Source of the DNA: Spirochaetia bacterium
GTDB taxonomy: Bacteria; Spirochaetota; Spirochaetia; DSM-16054; Sediminispirochaetaceae
Assembly: GCA_034520965.1 (NCBI GenBank)
Contig: JAXHMY010000002.1
Location: forward strand, 224,001-288,000
Direction of reading: 5' to 3'
DNA length: 64,000 nt
Part shown: piece after piece, positions 51,336-61,199 of the stretch
How the letters are laid out: every line of letters starts with the position of its first letter
Numbering within the stretch: position 1 is the first letter of the stretch
Made by a program: the position numbers and the translations under genes
Notes under the pieces: generated by a model
What the model was told of the DNA's origin: nothing
Database searches by the model: none
The model's input: the letters and a program-made list of their open reading frames with translations, nothing else

Positions 51336-54280
51336 CGGCGATCCCCTCCTCATCTGCATCTTCTTTTTCAGTATCCTCTCCGTCCAAGTCCATCAGACGC
51401 TGCTCATCACGGCTCCGGCCATCACCGTCACCATTGTTATCATCACCAGCTCGGCCGGCCCGTTCCACTACATCGCCATTTTCCGCTAATCGAACTGCAA
51501 TAACCTTCGAGACACCGGATTCCTGCATGGTCACACCAAGCATGGTACGAGCCCCGGCTACGGTCTTTTTATTGTGTGTTATTACCACAAACTGAGAGGA
51601 GTTTCCGAACTCCATTAACAGGTTGATAAACCGTCCCACATTTCCCTCATCCAAAGCGGCATCGATCTCGTCTAGAATACAGAAGGGCGAGGGTTTTACC
51701 ATATAGGTGGCGAACAGCAAGCCCACTGCCGTCAGAGAACGCTCACCTCCGGATAAAAGGGCAATATGTTCAAGGGCTTTTCCCGGGGGCTGGGCAAATA
51801 TCTCGATACCCGACTCTAATACATTATCGGGGTCGCTCAATTTCAGCTCACCCCGTCCGCCGCCAAAGAGACGACGGAACATGGAGTGGAAGTTTTTTCG
51901 GATTTGGTCGTAGGTCTCTAAAAAGAGTTCCGTGGATTCGGTTTTTATTTCCTGGGTAATCTGCTGAAGATCCTCCCGGGCCTCGTACAAATCCTGCAGC
52001 TGGCCGGAGAGAAAATCGTAACGCTCTTTTACTTCTGCAAACTCCTCCGGCGCCATAAGGTTCACCTGTCCCAGGTCCTTCAGCTTCTGGCGGATATCCT
52101 GCAGCTCCGGCTTGAGCTCCTGAACAGAAGTAGTTATATCGAACATCCGGCTTTCGAACTCAGTTAATTCCCGCCCGTGACGGTCTTGAAAATTGGAGTA
52201 CATGCTCCGGATTTCAGTTTGCAGGGAGGCCACTTCCACCTGCAGTTTTTCTACTTTATCCTGCAGCTTACCAAGATTATCCATGCGCTTTTTAAGGCTG
52301 CTCTCTTTGCTCTTCAGGTCCTTATTGTGGTTGGAAATGCCCGATTCAAGGCTCTTGAGGTTCTTCTGGAGCTCCTTCTCGCGAGCTGCAAGCTCCGTCT
52401 GTTTTTCAGCAATCCTAGCCAGTTGAGTTTCAATCTCCCCTATCCTGGCAGTATTTGCTTTCAGGGTTTTTCGGTTTTCCTCAAGCAGTCCCTCCTGCTC
52501 TTCAAGCTGACGCCGCAGTCCCTCCAGGGAGTCTCCGGCGGCCTTCTTCTGGGTATATACCTGGACACGATTTACCCGCAACTCCTCAAGAGTTTTGCGA
52601 TACTCATCTATTTTCTCGCCTAACTGGTTGTTTTCGGTTTTCAGCTCCTCTAGGCGTTCCGTATTAGTGTTCTGTGTACTGCGGCCGGCATCAATAGCCT
52701 GCTCGATAGATCGTTTTCGGGTGATAATACCTTCCGGAGCCAAGAACTCATCGAGAAATGCGGGAATAGAATTATGATATTCATCAAAGAGCTGCTCCAA
52801 CTCTTCGGTTTTTGAAGCGACCTCCTCAAAAGCGTTCAAAGCTTTACTTAGCGCCTCCTTCAGGTCGGCAGCGTTTTTTCCGGCGGTGCTCTGCATATCC
52901 TTAATCAGATCGTTTTTTCCCTGCACCTGAATAACTGTTTCCTGCAGCAGCTGTCGAAACGCACGCTCGGCATCACGCCGTTTATGGGAGGAGTAGCCGC
53001 TCTCATCAAGCTTCTGATCCAACTGCGCTACGATATCGTCGGTGATGGTATGCAGCTCTTTCTGGTAACCCTGTATCTCCTGTTCGATGCGTTTATTCGC
53101 AGTTTCAAGCTCGGAGATAACTTGACGGTTATGCTCGATTCTTCCCCGGGCATTTTCGATACTACTTTCAAATTCGGATATGTTTTTATCAATTTGTTCT
53201 AAACGTGTCTTATACTCTTCAAGCTGTTTTTGGAGCTCCGCAGATTGTTTCTGCAGGGCCGTCATTCTCTCGTTGATGCTCTTCTCTCGCTGCTCAGCGG
53301 CCTGGTTCTGACGGCGTATTTCTTCCATTCGTTCGCTCAACATTGAGCGCTGATTTTCGTGATTGTTCTTTTCAATATCCAGACCGTACAGCTTTTTCTG
53401 CCCTTCAATGAGCTGAGACTCCATACTGTTCACCTGGTCAAGATTCTTTTCTAGGTACTCGTTGATTTCATCAATAGCTTTCTTGAGGGCATCCCGCTCT
53501 TTCAGCCTTTCATCCAGCTGCTCTTCCCGCTCCTGCTGCTTCTGCGTCAGAGTCTTTCAAGCTTTGAGCGGCTGAAGGTCGAGCTCCGGGCTAAACGCTT
53601 TTTCGTTATACTACTCGATATTTTGCAGTTTTTTCGGATTGTACTTTGAGGGTATTGTAGGAACGCTTTACCTCCCGCAGTATATTTTCAACCTGCTGCA
53701 TATTTTCTTCGGTTTCGCTTCAGCTTCTGCGCTCTATCTGCCGGTACTTACCAATATTATTGTGACTTCCGGCAGAGCCTGTGTCGAACAGAAAATCACC
53801 GCTGCCTACGGTTATTGTAACGACAAAATTTGGTCTATTTTGCCCTGCTCCATAATCGAATAGGCGGATTTACCGATTCCGGTATCAAAAAAGAGTTCAC
53901 GCACCTCCTTGAGCTTTACGGGAGTACTATTTATAAAGTATTCGCTCTCCCCAGAACGGTGGAGTCTGCGCTTTACCGCAATTTCGGGCATATCCATTTG
54001 ACCGAGAGCCGTCTATTCGTTTGGGAAGTCCAGGGTTACTATCGGCAGCCACATTAAGGGCCTTACGGGTTTCGGTGCCGTTAAATATGATATCTTCCAT
54101 GCGGTCGGCCCGCAGTGAACGGGTAGACTGTTCTCCCAATACCCATTTTACTCCATCAACTACATTACTTTTCCCGCAGCCGTTCGGCCCCAGGAGGGCG
54201 CTAATTCCATCGCGAAATTCTATTTTACTCCGATCGGCAAATGATTTAAAACCGAACAGTTCAACACTCTTTAAAAACAC
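51307..54280 (-). CDS. smc: SMC/P115-like chromosome segregation ATPase, frameshifted in the 5' third
   Basis: FGFKSF and GPNGCGKSN (53927-54280); RRLHRSGESEY (53812-53997); LSGGE and CILDEID (51307-53433). Confidence 0.88.
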
Positions 54281-54426
54281 CTAATATTCATCCTCTTAAT
54301 TGCATTAATGTGTGTGTATCTTTGCAGACAGCACCCCAGCCGGATGCCTCAACTCACTATAACATAGAAGCCGAGGGCCGTGAATAGACACTGTACAGGG
54401 AGACAAAAAATCGCTACCTTCCTTGT

Positions 54427-54999
54427 ATGGTGGAATCAACTGGACTTATATGCGGAATAGATGAGGCCGGACGCGGCCCGCTGGCAGGTCCGGTATGTGC
54501 GGCGGCGGTTATATTAGGCGGGCTGATCGACCGTGGGGCCCTAAAAGACTCCAAACAGCTCTCGGCCGGGCGCAGAGAGCGCATTGCCGCTTATGTTATA
54601 AGTGAAGCGGCGGCGGTCGGCATCGGATGGGCATGGCCGGAGGAAATTGACAGGATTAATATCCATCATGCCTCCCTCCTTGCGATGCAGCGGGCATTTG
54701 AAGCCCTCCCTACTGAGGCGCCCTTAGTGAGTATGGTCTTGGTAGACGGCAAATTTATTCCCGTCCTGCCGCGGCCGGCAGAGGCAATTATCAAAGGAGA
54801 TGCAACCGTACCGGAAATATCGGCAGCTTCAATAGTTGCCAAGGTTGCCCGTGATCGCTGGATGCGGCGCTATTCCTGGATTGAGAGTAAATGGTCTTTT
54901 GAAACGCATAAAGGATATCCCACAGTCAAACACCGAGAACTCTGCCGGCTGCACGGCTTAAGCCCGATTCACCGCAGAAGTTTTAAAATTTATCCCTGA
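54427..54999 (+). CDS. rnhB: Ribonuclease HII
   Basis: GIDEAGRGPLAGPV, DSKQL, KGD, AASIVAKVARD, HKGYPT. Confidence 0.95.
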   Translation: MVESTGLICGIDEAGRGPLAGPVCAAAVILGGLIDRGALKDSKQLSAGRRERIAAYVISEAAAVGIGWAWPEEIDRINIHHASLLAMQRAFEALPTEAPLVSMVLVDGKFIPVLPRPAEAIIKGDATVPEISAASIVAKVARDRWMRRYSWIESKWSFETHKGYPTVKHRELCRLHGLSPIHRRSFKIYP

Positions 55000-55229
55000 T
55001 CTTTGTTCTTGCGGATAAATTCGATTGCCTTTTGAAACTCTGATAAGAACTGTTCCATATCCTCATCAAATACAATAACCGAGTGGCGTTCAAAACCGCT
55101 CACATCATGCTGCTTACTTTCAACTATATTCAGGAAAAGATCACCCTTTCTATTCTCTTTGACATTAAAAAAGTATGTCCGCTTTCCGATTGTAGTTTTT
55201 GCTGAAAAAACTTCGCCCCTAATTCCCAT
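54990..55229 (-). CDS. PUR-domain (DUF3276/BpuR-like) nucleic-acid-binding protein
   Basis: KRTYFFNVKENRKGDLFLNIVESK...FERHSVIVF. Confidence 0.8.
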   Translation of the reverse strand: MGIRGEVFSAKTTIGKRTYFFNVKENRKGDLFLNIVESKQHDVSGFERHSVIVFDEDMEQFLSEFQKAIEFIRKNKDQG

Positions 55230-55339
55230 ATGGTATTTTCCTCTTTCGTTTCACTGTGTGTTTGTTTTAATAGTATCTGAAAGCGACCCTGAGTTGCAAG
55301 GAGCCGTTTTTGTGTTACCTTTACTTGCAGGAGGAATGC

Positions 55340-56441
55340 ATGGAGCCACGGAGCATAGGAATGATCGGCGCCGGAGCCTGGGGCACCGCTGTGTCTAAAG
55401 TTTTAGCAGAGAACGGTCATCAGGTACACATGTGGTCGTATGAGCAGGAGGTGGCCAACGCGATCAACAACACCCACGAGAACCGTACGTATCTCCAGGG
55501 AGTAATGCTGCCTGAACTAATCCGTGCATCGACCAATCTGCCGGAGGTTGCCGAGAATAAGGATTATCTTATTTTAGCCGTCCCGTCGATGTTTTTAATC
55601 GGCACGGTCAAACAGATGGTTCGCGTCTCCTCAGTGCAGGAAGGCAGCACCCCGATTGCGATTCTGACCAAGGGATTCATAGACGGACCGGGCGGTCCCG
55701 GTCTGCTGACTACAGCGGTAGAAAATTATCTGCCCGGCTTTTACAAAAATAATCTGGTATATATTTCCGGCCCGAGCCATGCCGAAGAGGTTGCACGCGG
55801 TAAAATCACCGGACTCATCAGTGCTTCAAAACACGCTAAATATTCAATACAGTTTAGAGAGCTTTTGCGAGGGCCCCACCCTTCTGGTGTTTTCCTCCTT
55901 GGATATTGTAGGGGTTCAAGCTGCGGCGGCACTTAAAAATGTAGTTGCCATTGCCTTCGGTATGTTAGATGCGTTGAAGGAACTCAACGATAAGTTCGGC
56001 GACAATACCGAGTCACTTCTGCTGGCAGCCGGACTAAATGAAATCCAGTTGTTAGGGAATGCCCTGGGGGCCAGCCATCCACAGACCTTCACTTCAATTG
56101 CAGCGGTGGGAGATTTAGATGTAACCTGCCGCAGTGTATACGGCCGTAACCGTCGCTTTGGGCGGGAGATAATTCATGAGCGAAAGATTGCTCATTTTTC
56201 CAACTTGCAGGATATCCTGCAGCATATTGATCAAATCGGGTATCTCCCTGAAGGTGTTGCCGCTTGTAAGCACGCTTTTTCGATCGCCCAAAGCAGAAAG
56301 CTCAAAACTCCTATTATCAACGCGGTGCACAGTATTCTCAATCGCGAAGCCGAGCCCTTCGAGGCAATCGTAGATCTGCTGAAAAAACTATCTGGAGTAG
56401 AGGCGGACCATTTCGTAGACCCAGAGAAAACAGAGCTATGA
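55340..56441 (+). CDS. gpsA: NAD(P)H-dependent glycerol-3-phosphate dehydrogenase, frameshifted near 55870
   Basis: IGAGAWGTA and SGPSHAEEV in the first frame; ALKNVVAIA and GDLDVTC...RNRRFG in the second. Confidence 0.9.
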
Positions 56442-56498
56442 GAGACAAGACAGGGCGATGAACCTATTTTCGTAGTTCAGCTTTACAGCGGCATTTTT

Positions 56499-57824
56499 TT
56501 ATCTGTTCGCCGGTGACGCGAGCCCTTCATGATATACCGACGGCACTGACGACTCCAGCTTCAACTGTTCGAACAACTCAAATACCCGTACATTGATCTG
56601 CGGATGCAGCCACATTGGAGCTATATCATGCAGAGGTGCTAACACAAACATTCTCTCGGAGAGTCGCGGATGAGGAATTTCTAAGTCGGCACTTGATATA
56701 CACTGTTGATCATAGAAAAGGATATCCAGGTCGATAGTCCGGGGGCCCCAGTGGATATCACGACGCCGCTGCAGCTGCTGCTCTATCTCCATAAGTCTCT
56801 GCAGAAGCTCCCCCGGCGCCAGACTGGTCTCCATGCGGGCAGCGGCATTTAGAAACTTTCCCTGGTCGGCGTAGCCAACCGGGTCGGTCTCATACACCGG
56901 GGATACGGCGGTTACATGCAGCTCCGGCGGCCTCTGCAGGAGCTCCAAGGCCTGCTGAAGATACTTCAGACGACTGCCGAGATTAGATCCCAGAGCGATA
57001 AAAGCAGTGTGCGGGCTGGGCCGGCGGATAATGCGGTCGGCCATTCGGGCAGCTTGACAGTTCTCGAGTACATCATGGACCCGTACGAAATCAGCCCCCG
57101 CCTGTATTCCTAATACAGTAGTGGCCACCGTGCCGGCGGTACGTTCGTCCGCCGGTAGGTTGAGCGTCTTTCCAATCATCGACTTCCGGCTGGTGCCCAG
57201 CAGCCAAGGGCAGCCGAGACTATTCAGTGTGGAGAGCTGCTGCATTACTTGGACATTCTGTTCGACTGTTTTACCGAATCCGATTCCCGGGTCAAGCAGA
57301 ATCTGGTTTTTTGCCACTCCGGCGTCAGCTGCAATGCGGAGGCTCTCTTTCAGCGTTTCGAGTATTTCCGGCATGAGCTGTCGATAGTTGGTTCCAGTCT
57401 GATTATGCATCAGGCAGCAGGCAACCCCGGTCTCGGCGGCAAGCTCGGCTAAGTGAGGGTCGCGACGAAAGCCCCACACATCGTTTATCATTACTGCCCC
57501 CGCGGCTACTGCCGCACGGGCAACTTCGGCCTTTGAGGTATCGATAGAAATGGGCAGCTGCAGCTTTTGGGCCAGCGCCTGTATAACCGGCACAACCCGC
57601 TGAACCTCCTCCTGAACGGAGATTTCGGCATGCCCCGGACGGGTGGACTCACCGCCGACATCAATTACATCAGCTCCTTCGGCCCGCATACGCAGGGCAT
57701 GCTCCACCGCAGCCTGTACGGAATTGTAGCGTCCCCCATCTGAGAAAGAATCCGGAGTTACATTCAGAATGCCCATAACATAGGTACGCGCACCTATATC
57801 AAATTGGTACTGTCCAAGCTGCAT
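56499..57824 (-). CDS. folP: Bifunctional dihydropteroate synthase (N-terminal) - HPPK (C-terminal) fusion
   Basis: MGILNVTPDSFSDGG, GGESTRPG, LDPGIGFGK, GTSRKS, RVHDV, then ALGSNLG, FLNAA, WGPRTIDLDIL, PHPRL.ER.FVL. Confidence 0.92.
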   Translation of the reverse strand: MQLGQYQFDIGARTYVMGILNVTPDSFSDGGRYNSVQAAVEHALRMRAEGADVIDVGGESTRPGHAEISVQEEVQRVVPVIQALAQKLQLPISIDTSKAEVARAAVAAGAVMINDVWGFRRDPHLAELAAETGVACCLMHNQTGTNYRQLMPEILETLKESLRIAADAGVAKNQILLDPGIGFGKTVEQNVQVMQQLSTLNSLGCPWLLGTSRKSMIGKTLNLPADERTAGTVATTVLGIQAGADFVRVHDVLENCQAARMADRIIRRPSPHTAFIALGSNLGSRLKYLQQALELLQRPPELHVTAVSPVYETDPVGYADQGKFLNAAARMETSLAPGELLQRLMEIEQQLQRRRDIHWGPRTIDLDILFYDQQCISSADLEIPHPRLSERMFVLAPLHDIAPMWLHPQINVRVFELFEQLKLESSVPSVYHEGLASPANR

Positions 57825-57883
57825 ATTTACCTCGTCTTCCACTATAGCAGGAGGATAATTCCAATGCAATATTGCTCGCAATA

Positions 57884-57933
57884 TTGCACAACTTAATGTA
57901 ATATTATACACTAATAATGTAAATTTATACAAA
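57884..57933 (+). promoter_or_regulatory. Sigma-70 promoter of argCJBD overlapped by tandem ARG boxes
   Basis: TTGCAC-N17-TACACT; 18-bp boxes AATGTAATATTATACACT (57895-57912) and AATGTAAATTTATACAAA (57916-57933), 3 bp apart. Confidence 0.8.
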
Positions 57934-57949
57934 ATTGAATGAGGACAGC

Positions 57950-59002
57950 ATGATAAGAGCAGGGATAATTGGTGCAAACGGATATACGGGAATAGAACTG
58001 GTACGACTGCTGCAGCGGCATCCGCAGGTGAAACTGCTGCACGCCGGTTCGCGCAGCCTGGCCGGCAGACCCTACGCCGGGGAGATTGGCTCGCTGCGCA
58101 GCCGCACTGAGCTTATATTCAGAAATGCATCGCTTGAGGAGACAGCGGCAGAATGCGATGTAGTATTTCTCGCTCTACCTCACGGAATCGCCTCTGCTCA
58201 GGTAACCCCCGATATTTTGAAAGGCTGCTGCATTATTGATTTGGGTGCCGATTATCGGCTGAAAAGCCGTGAGCTGTATGAACAGTGGTATGGAGTTGAA
58301 CACGGCTCGCCGCAGCTGCTTGAACAGGCGGTATACGGCCTACCCGAGATCGTTGGTCGCAAAGCTATATCCGATAAGAATCTCATTGCGAACCCCGGAT
58401 GCTACACTACTGCCTCCATTCTCAGCACCGCCCCCATTGCACGAGCCGGAATCGGCAGCCTTCCCTACATTATCGATGCTAAATCGGGGGTAAGCGGGGC
58501 CGGCCGACAATCTTCGCAGGGCCTCATGTTTGGCGAGGTAAATGAATCGATCAAAGCCTACAAATTGAAGACCCATCGCCACACCCCGGAAATCGAGCAG
58601 ATTCTGGGGCAACTAACCGACAGCGAGGTGAGCGTGCAGTTTACCCCCCACCTGGTACCGATGAATCGAGGGATTCTCACCACCACCTATATCCGCCCCA
58701 CCGAAGAGATAGCCGGGCAGCTGACGGGGGAGAAGCTGCGAGGCTTGTATGAGGATATGTATGAAGGCGAAACTTTTATCCGTCTACTGCCCGATGGGGT
58801 ATTCCCTGAGACAAGGTGGGTGCGCGGCTCGAACTATATTGATATCGGCCTTAGCTATGATCAGCGCACCGGCATGATTATTGTGGTGGCGGCGATAGAT
58901 AATTTGGTAAAGGGAGCCGCCGGACAGGCGGTTCAGAATATGAATATCCGTTTCGGATTTGAAGAAACTGAGGGTTTAGGAGATATCCCGCTGTTCCCTT
59001 AA
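57950..59002 (+). CDS. argC: N-acetyl-gamma-glutamyl-phosphate reductase
   Basis: GANGYTG, IANPGCY, SGVSGAGR, DNLVKGAAGQAVQN. Confidence 0.95.
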   Translation: MIRAGIIGANGYTGIELVRLLQRHPQVKLLHAGSRSLAGRPYAGEIGSLRSRTELIFRNASLEETAAECDVVFLALPHGIASAQVTPDILKGCCIIDLGADYRLKSRELYEQWYGVEHGSPQLLEQAVYGLPEIVGRKAISDKNLIANPGCYTTASILSTAPIARAGIGSLPYIIDAKSGVSGAGRQSSQGLMFGEVNESIKAYKLKTHRHTPEIEQILGQLTDSEVSVQFTPHLVPMNRGILTTTYIRPTEEIAGQLTGEKLRGLYEDMYEGETFIRLLPDGVFPETRWVRGSNYIDIGLSYDQRTGMIIVVAAIDNLVKGAAGQAVQNMNIRFGFEETEGLGDIPLFP

Positions 59003-59072
59003 CCTAGAAACTTGTTTTTTCAGTTGCCGCGCAGCGGTATGCCAAACTATTCAAAAAAAGGAGCGAAACACA

Positions 59073-60287
59073 ATGAATCAAGTATATGAATTGCCCCATG
59101 GATTTTCGGCAGCCGGTTTTTCCGGAAATATTAAGGCCGAGGGACTTGATATGGCGCTGCTGCTCAGCGACCGCCCGGCGGCCTCGGCGGGAGTATTTAC
59201 CACAAACCGAGTCACGGCGGCCTGCATAGACTGGAACCGGGAGCTTTGCGGCAGCCCCATGCGGGCCGTATTAATGAACAGCGGCAATGCAAATGCCTGC
59301 ACAGGTGCACAGGGTATTCAGGACAATCGCCGCTTGGCCGCCGATATAGCCGGCGGATTTAAGACAGAGCCGGAACAGGTGTTTATGGCCTCTACCGGGG
59401 TAATCGGAGTTCCCCTGCCTATCGAGAAAATGGCAAGTGCTGTCAGCGCACTGCCCCAAAGTCCAGATGCTCCCGATTCGAGCTCGGAGTCGCTGGATCG
59501 GGCTTCCAGGGCAATAATGACCACCGATTTAAAGCCGAAGGTCTGCAGTTATAGTTTTACCGTGGGCGAGAAAACTGCGAAAATTACCGGTATGGCCAAG
59601 GGATCCGGAATGATTCACCCTAATATGGCCACCATGCTGGGCTTTATTATGACCGATGTGGAAATTCAGACGCCCCTGCTGCAGCACTTGCTGAAAAATG
59701 CAGTGGACGACAGCTTTAATATGATTAGCGTGGATGGGGATACCAGCACCAACGATATGGTACTAAGCCTGGCCAACGGAGCCTCCGGAATAAAAATTAC
59801 CTCCCCCGATAGTCAAGAGTGGCAGGAATTTAAGGAGGGTTTGAACTATGTAACCCGGGAGTTGGCAATTATGATTGCCCGCGACGGAGAGGGGGCTACT
59901 AAACTGATCTCGGCCACCGTAGAGGGTGCACTGACACTACAGGATGCCCGCACTCTGGCACGAGGAGTGGTTAGTTCAAACCTGGTTAAGGCCGCCTTTT
60001 TTGGTGAAGATGCAAACTGGGGGCGAGTACTGGCTGCGATGGGTTACTCCGGCGGGACCTTCGACCCGCATGCGGTCGATATTCTGTTCCGCAGCGAGGC
60101 GGGAGAAGTGCTGATGATGGAATCAGCCGCTCCGATGCCCTTCGACGAAGAAAAAGCGGCGTCTATACTGGCCGCTGCTGCGGTGGAGGTTGTCATCCGC
60201 TTGTATGAAGGCACCGGATTGGCCACGGCCTGGGGCTGTGATCTGACCTACGAATATGTGAAAATCAACGGAAGTTACAGAACATAA
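59073..60287 (+). CDS. argJ: Ornithine acetyltransferase
   Basis: GVFTTN, STGVIG, AKGSGMIHPNMATML, DTSTND, DGEGATK. Confidence 0.95.
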   Translation: MNQVYELPHGFSAAGFSGNIKAEGLDMALLLSDRPAASAGVFTTNRVTAACIDWNRELCGSPMRAVLMNSGNANACTGAQGIQDNRRLAADIAGGFKTEPEQVFMASTGVIGVPLPIEKMASAVSALPQSPDAPDSSSESLDRASRAIMTTDLKPKVCSYSFTVGEKTAKITGMAKGSGMIHPNMATMLGFIMTDVEIQTPLLQHLLKNAVDDSFNMISVDGDTSTNDMVLSLANGASGIKITSPDSQEWQEFKEGLNYVTRELAIMIARDGEGATKLISATVEGALTLQDARTLARGVVSSNLVKAAFFGEDANWGRVLAAMGYSGGTFDPHAVDILFRSEAGEVLMMESAAPMPFDEEKAASILAAAAVEVVIRLYEGTGLATAWGCDLTYEYVKINGSYRT

Positions 60288-60299
60288 AAGGAGTACCCC

Positions 60300-61181
60300 T
60301 TGGAAAACAGTTTTATGGACAGGGCGCATACATTAATCGAAGCATTACCATACATACAGAAGTTTAGTGGAAAAACAGTGGTGATTAAGTACGGCGGCAG
60401 TGCCATGACGGATGCAGACCTGCGGGGGCGAATTATTCAAGATATCGCTCTGCTGAAATATGTAGGACTGCGCCCGCTGCTGGTACACGGCGGAGGCCCC
60501 GCCATCAACGCTATGCTGCAACAGCTTGGCGTGAAAAGCCGCTTTGAAAACGGTTTAAGAATTACCGACGCCGCCACCATGGAAATTACTGAGATGGTGC
60601 TGGCCGGAAAGGTGAATAAAGAGCTGGTTCGCCTCCTGCAGATGCACGGTGTAAGTGCGGTAGGTCTGACCGGAAAGGACGGGCAGCTGCTGACGGCCGG
60701 CAAAATGCCCTCCGACGGCGCAGACCTCGGCTTTGTAGGCCATATAGAGGCGGTTGATACCCGAGTAATAGAGGTACTGTTTGAGGGGGGATTTGTACCG
60801 GTGGTCGCCCCGGTTTCTTCGGATAAGGACGGTACTACCTATAATATTAATGCCGATGATGCTGCAGTGGCTATTGCCTCGGCTTTAGGTGCGGAGAAGC
60901 TGCTGTTTTTAACCGATGTGCCGGGCATTCCTGGTTCTGTCGATGACCCCAGCAGCCGAATCAGCAGTATCCACAGCAGCGAGGCCTATGAATTAATTAG
61001 AAATGGTACGGTTGCCGGAGGAATGGTTCCAAAGATCCGCTGTGCCGCCCAGGCGGCTGAGAGCGGTGTCGCGGCAACCCATATTATCGACGGCAATATG
61101 CCCCATGCACTGCTGCTGGAACTGTTGACCAGCGAAGGCGTGGGTACCTTAATAGAGGCAGATTCAGTTGTCAACCATTGA
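60300..61181 (+). CDS. argB: Acetylglutamate kinase
   Basis: VIKYGGSAM, VHGGGP, YNINAD, GGMVPK. Confidence 0.95.
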   Translation: MENSFMDRAHTLIEALPYIQKFSGKTVVIKYGGSAMTDADLRGRIIQDIALLKYVGLRPLLVHGGGPAINAMLQQLGVKSRFENGLRITDAATMEITEMVLAGKVNKELVRLLQMHGVSAVGLTGKDGQLLTAGKMPSDGADLGFVGHIEAVDTRVIEVLFEGGFVPVVAPVSSDKDGTTYNINADDAAVAIASALGAEKLLFLTDVPGIPGSVDDPSSRISSIHSSEAYELIRNGTVAGGMVPKIRCAAQAAESGVAATHIIDGNMPHALLLELLTSEGVGTLIEADSVVNH

Positions 61182-61199
61182 ATACAAGGAGTAAGCGAG

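Noticed and set aside
37173..56441. cca, trmD, smc and gpsA as pseudogenes or programmed frameshifts
   Set aside because: These are core genes with intact motifs on both sides of the breaks, several at homopolymers, clustered in one segment; assembly error is more likely
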